Assembly: GCA_013138765.1 (NCBI GenBank)
Contig: WTCB01000041.1
Coordinates: forward strand, 1 to 36,126
Direction: 5' to 3'
Length of the DNA stretch: 36,126 nucleotides
From: Candidatus Nanohaloarchaea archaeon
GTDB taxonomy: Archaea; EX4484-52; GLR71
Shown: piece after piece, positions 10,586 through 20,161 of the stretch
Layout: each line of letters opens with the position of its first letter
Numbering within the stretch: the stretch's first letter is position 1
Notes under the pieces: model-generated
Seen by the model: only the letters and a program-made list of their open reading frames with translations
What the model was told of the DNA's origin: nothing
The model's database searches: none
Position numbers and translations under genes: made by a program

Positions 10586-11095
10586 TCAACAACAGACATT
10601 AAAATCCAAACAGCAACTCTCTTTAGTCAATAAATTATTTGTTGCAAGATTAACAAACTCACAAAAATCATTATAATCATACCTGACGCACCATGCATTT
10701 GTCTTCATTTCACGTCGTATATTCACAGTGCTTGATTTAATTGTATAATTTATAGAGATATTATTCGGATAATCACCAATATAAGATACACCTTTCTCAA
10801 ATTCAAGTGTATACCCCGCCTTTGCAAGAACAGATCTCTCCTCAACAAGATATTCTTCAATATCATCAATTATAGATTTATGACCCACAACAGAAATAAT
10901 ATTAAATATGTCTGATTCCATTTGATTGATAACAAAAAGAGTCCTATCATACTGCATATATGATAGCTCAATATCACGATTCTGCGTAAGTGTACCATTT
11001 AATACTGTAAGTGAAAAAAGAATGACCACAATACTTATTACAAAAAACTGACCTTTGCGTGTTTTCTTAAAAACTCTTTTTTTTATATCAATCAT
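10586..11095 (-). CDS. Pilin-like protein (class III signal peptide) with C-terminal six-Cys module
   Basis: KKTRKG|QFFVISIVVILFSL at the N-terminus; ends ...TKESCCLDFNVCC. Confidence 0.75.
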   Translation of the reverse strand: MIDIKKRVFKKTRKGQFFVISIVVILFSLTVLNGTLTQNRDIELSYMQYDRTLFVINQMESDIFNIISVVGHKSIIDDIEEYLVEERSVLAKAGYTLEFEKGVSYIGDYPNNISINYTIKSSTVNIRREMKTNAWCVRYDYNDFCEFVNLATNNLLTKESCCLDFNVCC

Positions 11096-12671
11096 AATAC
11101 CACGATTTCCATGTCATTACATAAGGTTGAGACATATCCTTATTTGCAAGAAGTACAAAATCACTTGATACAACATCGCGTGCATTGTCCTGTATAGTAG
11201 ACAAAACTATTGTTTTTGGTGAAACCCACAATATAAGATTTCTCAAAAGATGCCATTCATCAAGTGATACAATATTATCTGTTATCCATGCAGTCCGTCC
11301 CGTAAAACGACCATAATTTGCGATTGAAACCGGCATTTGCCCACCATAATTAGTCTCAAAATCTGATTCGACCAAAACATATTGAGATCTGTTCACCCCC
11401 TCATCACCAAAACCATGACTTGAATATACTTTATTATCCTTGTTCATATCAAAAAAGACATGAGACTCTTCAATATAGAATTCAATTGAATTTCCACGGA
11501 CATCAATTAATGATATTGTATAATTATTACCGTCAAGTTCAATAATATCACCCTGAAAAAGTCCTGAAAAATAACCATCATTTGTAAAATTAAGATCTTG
11601 ATTTTCATCAATATATAACTTATCATATCCTAAACCAGTAGAATTAATAAGCAAAACCCCATAATCTTCATGTTTCAAAGACATCAACTTAAATTTATAA
11701 ATCCCATTTGTTGAATTAATGGTACTTGAAAAATTCAATGTTGAACGAGAATCACCAATACATACACCACCATCATTAACAGTACAATTAGCAGAACCGA
11801 TTGTATGATTAGTGTCCCCTATATATACCACAACAATACCAGTTGTCATATCCCACCACCCCTCTTCAGAAACATTTAAATTAGAAACACCTTCAATATT
11901 TAATACAACCGGACTTACATAAAAATATTTATGTAATACGTATCCCGCTTCAAATGGATTCAAGTCAGAGAATGTAGAATTAAAATCTAAAGAAGGTAAA
12001 CTTGTATCATTCCATAATAATCCAAAAATATTTTTTTGCACATCAAAATCAACAAATGATTCATTGCTTAAATTTGAAATCTGAATCACACCTTTGCCTT
12101 GCCGAAGGAAATTCAAAAGTTTAATATTATATGTATCATTCATCAGACTGACATGACTGACCATCTCAATATCAGTCCCTTCAATAGGAATTACAAGCAC
12201 ATCAAAAGTTTTCCAATTTGCATCAAATGTAGTATTCCTTATTTCAAGCAAAGTTTTTTTACCATTGATGATCACCTGTTTATCTTCACCAAAAATATTT
12301 TGCGATATATTTGTACCGTATCTAAGGTATGTTTCTTCATCAGATGTCAAGACACCAACACGAATCAATGGTTTAATAAGATGTTTAAGAGTAATTGCAA
12401 CACCCATTTTTTCTTTCCCTGCAAGATACGACGCAACTTCAGAAAATGTATCAAAGCTGTTGCCTGAAATTAATTCAGTATAACCAAGATAGTTCATGAC
12501 ACCCGCAATATCTCTTGATTCCTGTGATAACCGTGCCACACGCCAACCATCATTTTCTGATATTACAGAGATAATATTACTAGAATAACTAAGAAGGATC
12601 ATTATTGCAATAACCGCTTCAAGACTATGCATAAACCCTTTACGCTTAAAACAAAACCGTTTCATAATCAA
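11088..12671 (-). CDS. Large minor pilin-like protein (class III signal peptide)
   Basis: KRKG|FMHSLEAVIAIMILL followed by a glycosylated extracellular domain; lies within the pilus cluster. Confidence 0.75.
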   Translation of the reverse strand: MIMKRFCFKRKGFMHSLEAVIAIMILLSYSSNIISVISENDGWRVARLSQESRDIAGVMNYLGYTELISGNSFDTFSEVASYLAGKEKMGVAITLKHLIKPLIRVGVLTSDEETYLRYGTNISQNIFGEDKQVIINGKKTLLEIRNTTFDANWKTFDVLVIPIEGTDIEMVSHVSLMNDTYNIKLLNFLRQGKGVIQISNLSNESFVDFDVQKNIFGLLWNDTSLPSLDFNSTFSDLNPFEAGYVLHKYFYVSPVVLNIEGVSNLNVSEEGWWDMTTGIVVVYIGDTNHTIGSANCTVNDGGVCIGDSRSTLNFSSTINSTNGIYKFKLMSLKHEDYGVLLINSTGLGYDKLYIDENQDLNFTNDGYFSGLFQGDIIELDGNNYTISLIDVRGNSIEFYIEESHVFFDMNKDNKVYSSHGFGDEGVNRSQYVLVESDFETNYGGQMPVSIANYGRFTGRTAWITDNIVSLDEWHLLRNLILWVSPKTIVLSTIQDNARDVVSSDFVLLANKDMSQPYVMTWKSWYYD

Positions 12672-12695
12672 TCCAAATCCAATAACTATAAATCC

Positions 12696-13370
12696 TCAAA
12701 AATACATAATATTTATCTTTGCCATAAAACCATCAAGTGTTGAATATCTATTTACCGCAACCATATCTCTATTAATGCTACCCCAACCATAAGATAATGC
12801 TGTTCTTTTAAGACCCACAAAATTTCCATCAGAGTCAATTATCGATATAGTATAATTCACACCATTGATTAAAATAATATTATCCTTTACACGATCACTA
12901 TAAAAACTATCTGCCCAAACATCAACAACATCATAACCAGATATACTACTATTTTGCACAGTAAAATTTACAGTTAATTCATCACTATAATCTTTATTAA
13001 ATACAGCAGTTCCAAAATGATTATTTCCTAAAATATCTTCAGTAAATATTATAGGATACTGTTCAATTATTATCTTCTGCCGATATCTATATTTCTCATC
13101 GATTGAATCACGGAGCTTCGTCCTGTTCCCTGCATAAATATCTATCAAAGATTCATTAAGCACATAATCCTTGATTTGAATATCCCTTAAAAACACTTCT
13201 GAAAAAAACCATGCTTCAGCATGAAGATTATTATTATCAATAGTATCATAAAAAGGACCTATTGAACCCATAGCAATATTTGCCGCATACACAACAGATA
13301 AAGCTAAAACAAAAAATGCAAAAATATAATCTATATTTAACTGTCCTTTACGTCTACACTGCAATAACAC
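12696..13370 (-). CDS. Minor pilin-like protein (class III signal peptide)
   Basis: RRKG|QLNIDYIFAFFVLALSVV. Confidence 0.75.
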   Translation of the reverse strand: MLLQCRRKGQLNIDYIFAFFVLALSVVYAANIAMGSIGPFYDTIDNNNLHAEAWFFSEVFLRDIQIKDYVLNESLIDIYAGNRTKLRDSIDEKYRYRQKIIIEQYPIIFTEDILGNNHFGTAVFNKDYSDELTVNFTVQNSSISGYDVVDVWADSFYSDRVKDNIILINGVNYTISIIDSDGNFVGLKRTALSYGWGSINRDMVAVNRYSTLDGFMAKINIMYF

Positions 13371-13403
13371 ACAAAAGACCCCACATATTATAAATCATAA
13401 AAC

Positions 13404-14342
13404 TTACCCAAAAATCATAAAGACAACAAACGCTACAACAGACAAAAATAATGCATGCTTGACACCTGCAGCTGCCGAACCCTCACTAATTTCACCACAC
13501 ATAAAACCACTGGTTATTGCCTGAATCAAGGCCATCAAAAAGAACAACGCTTCAAAATAACAAAGCTGCCCTTCCCCAAAACCAAAAGGAACACATATAG
13601 AACACACAAAAGGTACCATTGAACAATATTCTATCTCAGAACTGCTTGCAGACGAATCAGAAGCACCAAAAAGATTAACATCCATAAGACCCGAAGAGAC
13701 TAAAGGCATCATTATATTATACATCATAAGAGCTATGACTAAGAAAAGAAAAGAAATAAAATACATCATAATAACCTGCTGAGACATATCTGCTTTTCTT
13801 TCATCATGTAGTTCTTTTATAGCCTTTATATCAGTTGAAAGATCATCCATCACTTCAGTAACATCACCCCCTGCATTAAATGCTTCAAGAATTATAGTAA
13901 ATGACCTCCGCATAATACTACTATACTTAAGTCTATCAGCCATAGACGTCATAACCTGCACAAAAGGCATACCCCAAGAAAGTTGATGCACTGATTTTGC
14001 AATTTCAGAATTAAGTTCACCATAATCAGTATTCATACGGCTGCGTAATGCATCTTGAAATGTCATACCACTTTTTTTTGCTTCAGCAAAATCTCTCAAA
14101 AAACGAGGAAACTGTTCTTCCATACGATTATATTTAGAAAAATTAAAATACGCATAAAGCGATGAAGGCACAACCGAAATTATAGCTCCTAAAAACAAAA
14201 TAAATATACCCAATGATTGAAAAATAGGATTAAAAGCTAAAAAAAGACCAAAGATTATAAATAAAATACCAGTTATAAGAGATCCTTTTTTAAACAATTT
14301 CTCATTTTCATGCCTAAAAAACGTATTTATGTCAAAACCCAT
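13404..14342 (-). CDS. Type IV pilus platform protein (T2SS-F/TadC/PilC/FlaJ family)
   Basis: MEEQFPRFLRDFAEAKKSGM...DYGELNSEI...QLSWGMPF...AGGDV motif with multiple TM segments. Confidence 0.9.
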   Translation of the reverse strand: MGFDINTFFRHENEKLFKKGSLITGILFIIFGLFLAFNPIFQSLGIFILFLGAIISVVPSSLYAYFNFSKYNRMEEQFPRFLRDFAEAKKSGMTFQDALRSRMNTDYGELNSEIAKSVHQLSWGMPFVQVMTSMADRLKYSSIMRRSFTIILEAFNAGGDVTEVMDDLSTDIKAIKELHDERKADMSQQVIMMYFISFLFLVIALMMYNIMMPLVSSGLMDVNLFGASDSSASSSEIEYCSMVPFVCSICVPFGFGEGQLCYFEALFFLMALIQAITSGFMCGEISEGSAAAGVKHALFLSVVAFVVFMIFG

Positions 14343-15278
14343 TTAATTCGTCTCCGGAGTTATTCCTTTTATCAATAATATCACACCTGCAGAAACTATA
14401 GGTATTATAAGAAACACAACAGCCATCTGTGAACCAACAATAAATCCAGCCATATCTGTCCCCCCCATAGACCCCATTATGGCAGTAAGCACCATAAACA
14501 TAATTGACCCAATCATCACAACAGTAAGGTATATTTCTACAATCATTGAAAGCTTATGTTGTAACATTTTTAGAATCATCTTATATTGTGACATTGCAGT
14601 CTTTGATTTTTCCCTAAGATAAATACGAAGATCCCCACCTGATAACTCAACAGTCCTCATACCCCATAAAAGATCCATAAGCTGTTGAGACGGTGTCCGC
14701 TCGGCCGCATTTTTCAAAGCATGAAGTATATCAATGCCCAACACATCTACTTCTTCCACAATTTTATTTGCTTCTTTTGAAATTTCACCATATTCATTAA
14801 ATTTTGCAAGTGCACGAAACATCGCAATTGGTGGGGTACCGCCACCAGACAGTGTAGTAAGATACAATGTGGCATACGGAACAAGTCCATCTATCTTTTT
14901 TTTTCTTTCATCCCGACGTATACCTGGATACATATAAAAAAAACCAAAAATAAGCCCCGAAAAAAACACAGCACCAAAAATTGAAAAAAAAAGCGACATA
15001 AATATATTACAAGTAATTATAATGATTATGACCGATAAAGACAATGCCATACAAACAAAAACAACTATTGATGTAAGGACTGCCACAGAAATATAATCAT
15101 CTAAAGCCATGTTTATGTCCCCTTTTTTCATAGAGACCTTAAAATCACTAAAATATTTCATATAAGGCTGTACATAAGGACGAAATAAATCCGAAGCAAA
15201 CTTAACATAATTAAAACTACCTTTCAATTGTTCTTCTTGATTAAATGATTTAATCGATGTTGCTGTCATAATCCTCAC
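14343..15278 (-). CDS. Type IV pilus platform protein (T2SS-F/TadC/PilC/FlaJ family), second paralog
   Basis: IDGLVPYATLYLTTLSGGG...YGEISKE...ALKNAAERTPS...SGGDL. The true start is probably ATG 15269, which follows a GGTGAGG RBS. Confidence 0.9.
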   Translation of the reverse strand: MRIMTATSIKSFNQEEQLKGSFNYVKFASDLFRPYVQPYMKYFSDFKVSMKKGDINMALDDYISVAVLTSIVVFVCMALSLSVIIIIITCNIFMSLFFSIFGAVFFSGLIFGFFYMYPGIRRDERKKKIDGLVPYATLYLTTLSGGGTPPIAMFRALAKFNEYGEISKEANKIVEEVDVLGIDILHALKNAAERTPSQQLMDLLWGMRTVELSGGDLRIYLREKSKTAMSQYKMILKMLQHKLSMIVEIYLTVVMIGSIMFMVLTAIMGSMGGTDMAGFIVGSQMAVVFLIIPIVSAGVILLIKGITPETN

Positions 15279-17298
15279 CGATTAAATCCATCAAAGTATT
15301 ACTATCATTATAATATGCATTAATCACTTCATTGACACGCAAATAATTAGTTATATATTTATCAGACATCCACTCCAATATTTTCATCCTTTGACGAAGT
15401 TGATCTTTCAATAAATTTATACTGATCCCGCTCTCATTAGATATCTTACCAAGAATATGGCTCTCTGAAACAACTAAACATTTATCATTAAATGTATCTA
15501 ACTCAAATACTTTATTAGCTAATATTTTATCATTCTCAGAATCATAACCTATTATCTCTTGAACCTGTGTAACTCTTCGTACATATCCATTCTGTAATTT
15601 TAATCTTTTTGCAAATACCAAAAGATCCAATGTTTCAAGAAGCGACTTTGAAAGATTTATAGGTCTTGTAGTAAGCCTATCTACTACTTTTTCTAAAGAA
15701 TCAGCATGGAATGTTGAAAGTCCAGGGTGACCTGTTGCAATCTGCTGAAAAAATACTGAAGCTTCAATACCACGAATTTCACCCACAATTATATAATCAG
15801 GTCTTTGCCTAAGTGAACCTTTAAGAAGATCAAACATACTGACTTCACCACGACGTTTCCCACTAACATCAGACTCACCAAAACCAACCCGCGAAACCTC
15901 TGGTACCCAATGTTCATGAGATAATTTAATTTCAGGAGTATCTTCTATTGAAACCACTTTTGCAGAAGGTTTTATAAACATGGAAACAGCATTCAATAAA
16001 GACGTCTTTCCAGATGCCGTAGCCCCCACAATCAATATAGATTTTCCATACTCAATTGCAAGCCAGAGATATGCAAGAGTTCTTGAATCCATTGTACCAA
16101 AATTAAGAAGATGTACAGGCGTCAATGGTTCATTAAGGAAACGTCTTATCGTTATATTAGACCCTTTTGATGCAATATCTGTAGCGAGTGTTGCCTGAAC
16201 CCTTGAACCATCAGGTAAAGAACCTTGAAGAAGTGGCTCCGCCATAGATATTGACCTTCCACATTTCTGTGCAATCCTCATAACAAGGGTATCTAATTCC
16301 TCATGAGTCTTAAAAATAATATTAGTCTGCAATGAACCAAGTTTAGGATCCCTATGATAAACATACATAGGTATGCCAACACCATCACAGCTTATATCTT
16401 CTATATGGGAATCATTGAGTATTGGCTGCAAAGCTCCAAGTCCAACAAAATCACGAATTATATAATATTTATATATATCAAGTTTACTTTTATCTACTGA
16501 AAAATTAAAACGTATTATTATCTTTTCCATCATAGATTCTATGTATGTTGTAGATGAATCCTTACTGAATGACTTAAAATCAACATCAATCTCTTCTTCA
16601 ATCACTTTCTTAATTTTATCTATCTGACTTTTATCTTGTAAGGATAAAATAGGTTCCACAACAGTATATATTATACAATTTTTTTTATTATCCCATACAA
16701 TGTTCGCCCAAGCATATACTTTTTCACCATCTTTAGGTGCCGGAGGCGTTAATGGATATTTTATATTTGTCTTAAAAAAATCTGAAGTTGTCAAATTCTT
16801 ACGGACACGTATAGTCTTGAGTTCAAGATTTTCCAAATCCACACCTTTAATATCTTCTTTAAGCGTATTCTTCACATTTTTCTTATAATTACTACCAGAT
16901 ACCTGTTTATTTGCCATAGGATTCGAAATGACAGACGAAAAAGACTGTATATTAGAAACCGTTTCATTTTGATTATCAATAATTCCCGAAACAGCATTTT
17001 GAGAATCCGGATAAACTGGAAGTTGAGACTGATAAGGTCTTGGAACTTGATTACCTGAAAAAGACCTAAACGATTGCATTGGTGCAACATTTTCTTCAAT
17101 TATGAAAATTGGAGATGAATTGCCCCCTTTAGAAAAATTAGTAATAGGTAATTCCCTACGTTTTTCAGCACGAGACAATATTTTTTCAGTATTTTCAATC
17201 AGACCACTATTTATATCACTATGAATAATAGATGCTTGATACCTCTTTGCAAACTTTTTTGTAACTTTTCGAAGATTGAATCGTTTAATACTCACCAC
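15250..17298 (-). CDS. Type IV pilus assembly ATPase (PilB/FlaI/VirB11-CpaF family)
   Basis: IEDISCDG, LPDGSRVQA, Walker A GATASGKT, SIEDTPE, LRQRPDYIIVGEIRG and His box TGH..STFHA. It carries a low-complexity N-terminal extension. Confidence 0.95.
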   Translation of the reverse strand: MVSIKRFNLRKVTKKFAKRYQASIIHSDINSGLIENTEKILSRAEKRRELPITNFSKGGNSSPIFIIEENVAPMQSFRSFSGNQVPRPYQSQLPVYPDSQNAVSGIIDNQNETVSNIQSFSSVISNPMANKQVSGSNYKKNVKNTLKEDIKGVDLENLELKTIRVRKNLTTSDFFKTNIKYPLTPPAPKDGEKVYAWANIVWDNKKNCIIYTVVEPILSLQDKSQIDKIKKVIEEEIDVDFKSFSKDSSTTYIESMMEKIIIRFNFSVDKSKLDIYKYYIIRDFVGLGALQPILNDSHIEDISCDGVGIPMYVYHRDPKLGSLQTNIIFKTHEELDTLVMRIAQKCGRSISMAEPLLQGSLPDGSRVQATLATDIASKGSNITIRRFLNEPLTPVHLLNFGTMDSRTLAYLWLAIEYGKSILIVGATASGKTSLLNAVSMFIKPSAKVVSIEDTPEIKLSHEHWVPEVSRVGFGESDVSGKRRGEVSMFDLLKGSLRQRPDYIIVGEIRGIEASVFFQQIATGHPGLSTFHADSLEKVVDRLTTRPINLSKSLLETLDLLVFAKRLKLQNGYVRRVTQVQEIIGYDSENDKILANKVFELDTFNDKCLVVSESHILGKISNESGISINLLKDQLRQRMKILEWMSDKYITNYLRVNEVINAYYNDSNTLMDLIGEDYDSNID

Positions 17299-17740
17299 CT
17301 CTCAAAAATATAGAGTCACCATCATATTCCACTTTTAATATCTTACCCGAACTGGAAACAATACCTTGAACGTTAACAGAGACATCAACAATTTTCCTGC
17401 TATTACCCATTTTTATCATAAATTTATTTTGAGGTGGATTAAACCCAGATATTAAGTATCTTTCTTGACTTATAGTCTCTGGGATTTCAAGAACAACATA
17501 GCCTGATGTTGCATTTGAATATACAAGCTTATCTATTGCAGAAATTATAAAATTAGAGATCTGCATAGCACTCTGCTCTTCAATATCCCCTGAAACACGA
17601 TTATTTATACTATTAAATGTTGATGAAACTCCTGTAATTATCAAAATTGCAAGAGCAATAAACAATATCTCTTCAAGAACTAAATTCTGTCCTTTACGTT
17701 TTCTTGAAAAATATTGCATCACATTCACACTAACTGCCAA
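17285..17740 (-). CDS. Pilin-like protein (class III signal peptide)
   Basis: RKRKG|QNLVLEEILFIALAILIITGV. The start may be ATG 17719. Confidence 0.75.
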   Translation of the reverse strand: MAVSVNVMQYFSRKRKGQNLVLEEILFIALAILIITGVSSTFNSINNRVSGDIEEQSAMQISNFIISAIDKLVYSNATSGYVVLEIPETISQERYLISGFNPPQNKFMIKMGNSRKIVDVSVNVQGIVSSSGKILKVEYDGDSIFLRGGEY

Positions 17741-18683
17741 ATGATACTGTCACAGGTGTCACTGTAAGTGGACCTCCTGTCTTTTCGGCAACTACCCCAG
17801 AAACAAAATCATCAAGAGTAGATATTGTCAATGAAACTTTTGTAAGTGAATCACTTGAACCAATAATATTATTTCCTTTCTTTGTAATCAATGTAAGATA
17901 GCCATTCCCATTTTCATTATTAATATCATCAAGCTCACGATATACTAACTTAAAAATAGTCTTGTATCCATCACCATGGGGGATTGTCTTAACAACGATA
18001 ACTCCTGCCTCATTGACGCCTGAAAAACCAGTATTCACTTTTTCAGGACCAGATATTGTGACAAAATCATTAATGCAATCAATATATTCGACTTTATAAC
18101 CATCAGTACCTAAATGAGTTCCTGAAACCGCCCCAGTATAATCCATAGTATTATCAGTACAATCAACATCAACATCATTAATTGTACACAATAGACTAAA
18201 ATTACATTCATTATTTCCGGGCAGCATCACACTATCAGTATTATTCCCTGTATACATCGGTTGCGATATAGGATTAAACCCATCAAGAGAAACCCATTGT
18301 CCTACTGCTGAAGTAACCCCTTTTGTCATTATTGTATAAGTTATAGAATTGATTCGATTAGAAGGTACCATGGCTTTAATGCTGCCATCAGCAGTTTTAT
18401 TGAGCGTACCGCCGTCAATCCTCATTTCTCCTGCAAGATTAAGATTTATCACGCGAGAACCCCCGGATGATGAAACTTCATCAATTGATGTCTTTATATT
18501 CTGCATAATAGAGAATGCCTGAGTAACCTCTGAATTTGTTTTACTTTTATCAAGCATAGGAAGTCCCCACCAAAGTGCACCTGATACTGCAGCAATACTA
18601 ATCCCCGTAAGCAATATCATAGAGATTATCTGTACCTGCGCTTTTTTCCTAACAAAATTTGACGTCATAATAACCATACCCAT
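17730..18683 (-). CDS. Pilin-like protein (class III signal peptide)
   Basis: RKKA|QVQIISMILLTGISIAAVSGALWWGLPML. Confidence 0.75.
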   Translation of the reverse strand: MGMVIMTSNFVRKKAQVQIISMILLTGISIAAVSGALWWGLPMLDKSKTNSEVTQAFSIMQNIKTSIDEVSSSGGSRVINLNLAGEMRIDGGTLNKTADGSIKAMVPSNRINSITYTIMTKGVTSAVGQWVSLDGFNPISQPMYTGNNTDSVMLPGNNECNFSLLCTINDVDVDCTDNTMDYTGAVSGTHLGTDGYKVEYIDCINDFVTISGPEKVNTGFSGVNEAGVIVVKTIPHGDGYKTIFKLVYRELDDINNENGNGYLTLITKKGNNIIGSSDSLTKVSLTISTLDDFVSGVVAEKTGGPLTVTPVTVSFGS

Positions 18684-18684
18684 A

Positions 18685-18718
18685 GATTAAATTAATTTAA
18701 TCATAAAAATTAATTTAA
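18685..18718. repeat. Perfect 18-bp palindrome plus 12-bp direct repeat; candidate operator
   Basis: GATTAAATTAATTTAATC at 18685-18702. AAATTAATTTAA occurs at 18689 and 18707. Confidence 0.35.
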
Positions 18719-18746
18719 ATCAGTTATTAATAATTCGTTACCGTAG

Positions 18747-18760
18747 AATATATAGTTTTA
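18747..18760 (-). promoter_or_regulatory. Putative BRE-TATA promoter for the minor pilin/ATPase genes
   Basis: Minus-strand TAAAAC-TATATATT about 65 nt upstream of ATG 18683. Confidence 0.4.
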
Positions 18761-18763
18761 AGG

Positions 18764-18817
18764 AAAAACAAAAAAATAAAGAAAAATTATTTAAAAAAAG
18801 AAGAAAATAAAAAAAAG
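18764..18817 (-). terminator. Oligo-T terminator region after the major pilin gene
   Basis: Multiple T5-T8 runs on the minus strand directly after the stop at 18819. Confidence 0.55.
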
Positions 18818-18818
18818 A

Positions 18819-19334
18819 TTAACAATGTGTATCTGTACCAGATACCACATTACATCCATATGCTAAAACATAACCATTATTTAATATGAACTCAAATGTT
18901 TTTGTAGTGCCTACAACTGGAAGATCCTCAGAAGCAACAGTCAAAATACAGGTCTCACTGATTTCAAGAGCATCATTACTAGTACAAGTACCTGTAAATG
19001 TAGGTGTAATTTCAATGGCACCATCTACTTTATAATTAGTAGTACCTTCATCAATCGCCGCAACTACAAGAGTACCAGTATTCTTAATTATAAAATCAAG
19101 ATTTGCTGAAGTTATAGGATTCTCCTGAACCTGTAATATCTGTAAATCAGTCCGCATCTTATCAGATTGTGCACTCACCTGATCCTCAATAGCAGCAGTC
19201 TGTGTATCAGTCATATCCATTATGAACTCATATGCAAGACCTGCAGCAGCAACAGTCATCATAAGAAGAAGAACCATTGCAATTACTGGAGTAATTCCCT
19301 TTCTGTTAACAATTTTTTTTGACATAATTATCAC
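18819..19334 (-). CDS. Probable major archaeal type IV pilin (archaellin/pilin N-terminal domain)
   Basis: NRKG|ITPVIAMVLLLMMTVAAAGLAY, the canonical archaeal pilin N-terminus, plus IIKNTG and Cys pairs. Confidence 0.85.
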   Translation of the reverse strand: MIIMSKKIVNRKGITPVIAMVLLLMMTVAAAGLAYEFIMDMTDTQTAAIEDQVSAQSDKMRTDLQILQVQENPITSANLDFIIKNTGTLVVAAIDEGTTNYKVDGAIEITPTFTGTCTSNDALEISETCILTVASEDLPVVGTTKTFEFILNNGYVLAYGCNVVSGTDTHC

Positions 19335-19349
19335 TCGTTTTTATAAACA

Positions 19350-19565
19350 TTATTTTTTTACACTCAATAATTTATAGATCCTTAAAAGTATCATTGCATT
19401 GAAATACATCGAACCGACAACAAGCAAAAGAAGCATATTGGTTATGCTCACTGCAATGACCGCTGAATTAAGCATTCCGCCACCTAAAATCAAAAAAGCA
19501 GACACTGTCATCAGCATTATACATACAATCAAAAAATTTTCAAGCATTTCAGGTCCTAATTTCAT
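19350..19565 (-). CDS. Small two-TM membrane protein
   Basis: 71 aa with two hydrophobic segments. It is packed 3 nt after the upstream stop and has a GGTGGTG RBS. Confidence 0.65.
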   Translation of the reverse strand: MKLGPEMLENFLIVCIMLMTVSAFLILGGGMLNSAVIAVSITNMLLLLVVGSMYFNAMILLRIYKLLSVKK

Positions 19566-19568
19566 AAA

Positions 19569-20114
19569 TTACACACCACCATACGGATTCTGCTGTGCAG
19601 TCTGCTGCTGTGTCTGGAATGGAGATGCGGCCTGTGCACTTTGAGTCGAAGCAGAACCCGATCGTTTAAGCCTTTTATCAATAGTTGAAAGATTTTCTGA
19701 AATGGATTCATTGCTCTTCAACAATTTATCATTAGCATCAGTTATACTCTTTACTAAAGGTACAACCATGCCACGAAGTGCAGATACGGCCTCAGACTCA
19801 TCAACATCTTCTTTGCCTGCCTCTTCGACAATATCAATAAAACTAGTAAGTTTTCCCTGAAGCGAATCAATCTTGCCTATAAGTGTTGCAAGGTCACCGC
19901 GAAGCGATGTATTTGCCTTTACCATCTCATCAACGATCCGCTGATTAAGCTCAACCATATCAAGTATCTTGTCCATCATCCTCTCCATATTTGTAAAGGA
20001 TTTAGATGATTCCATACTGGTTATTCTTTTTTCAAGCCTACGGAGCGGTGTTAGAGGCACAACTTCATAATCCTCATCATCAGAAATTTGTTCATAATCA
20101 TCTTTTCTTACCAT
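19569..20114 (-). CDS. Cytoplasmic coiled-coil hypothetical protein
   Basis: ATG 20114 follows a GGTGA RBS. Acidic N-terminus, YEVVPLTPLRRLEKRI, heptad-rich body and Q-rich tail. Confidence 0.75.
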   Translation of the reverse strand: MVRKDDYEQISDDEDYEVVPLTPLRRLEKRITSMESSKSFTNMERMMDKILDMVELNQRIVDEMVKANTSLRGDLATLIGKIDSLQGKLTSFIDIVEEAGKEDVDESEAVSALRGMVVPLVKSITDANDKLLKSNESISENLSTIDKRLKRSGSASTQSAQAASPFQTQQQTAQQNPYGGV

Positions 20115-20161
20115 TTTTTCACCAATAACCACTCTACATTTCAACTATTAGTCAAATGTGG

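Noticed and set aside
14890..14995. A/T homopolymer runs (8-9 nt) in the platform gene as phase-variation sites
   Set aside because: Such runs are common across this AT-rich window and the frame is intact.
13404..19334. Archaellum (fla/arl) operon interpretation
   Set aside because: No FlaH, FlaF or FlaG; two short platform genes and pilin-type subunits are present instead.
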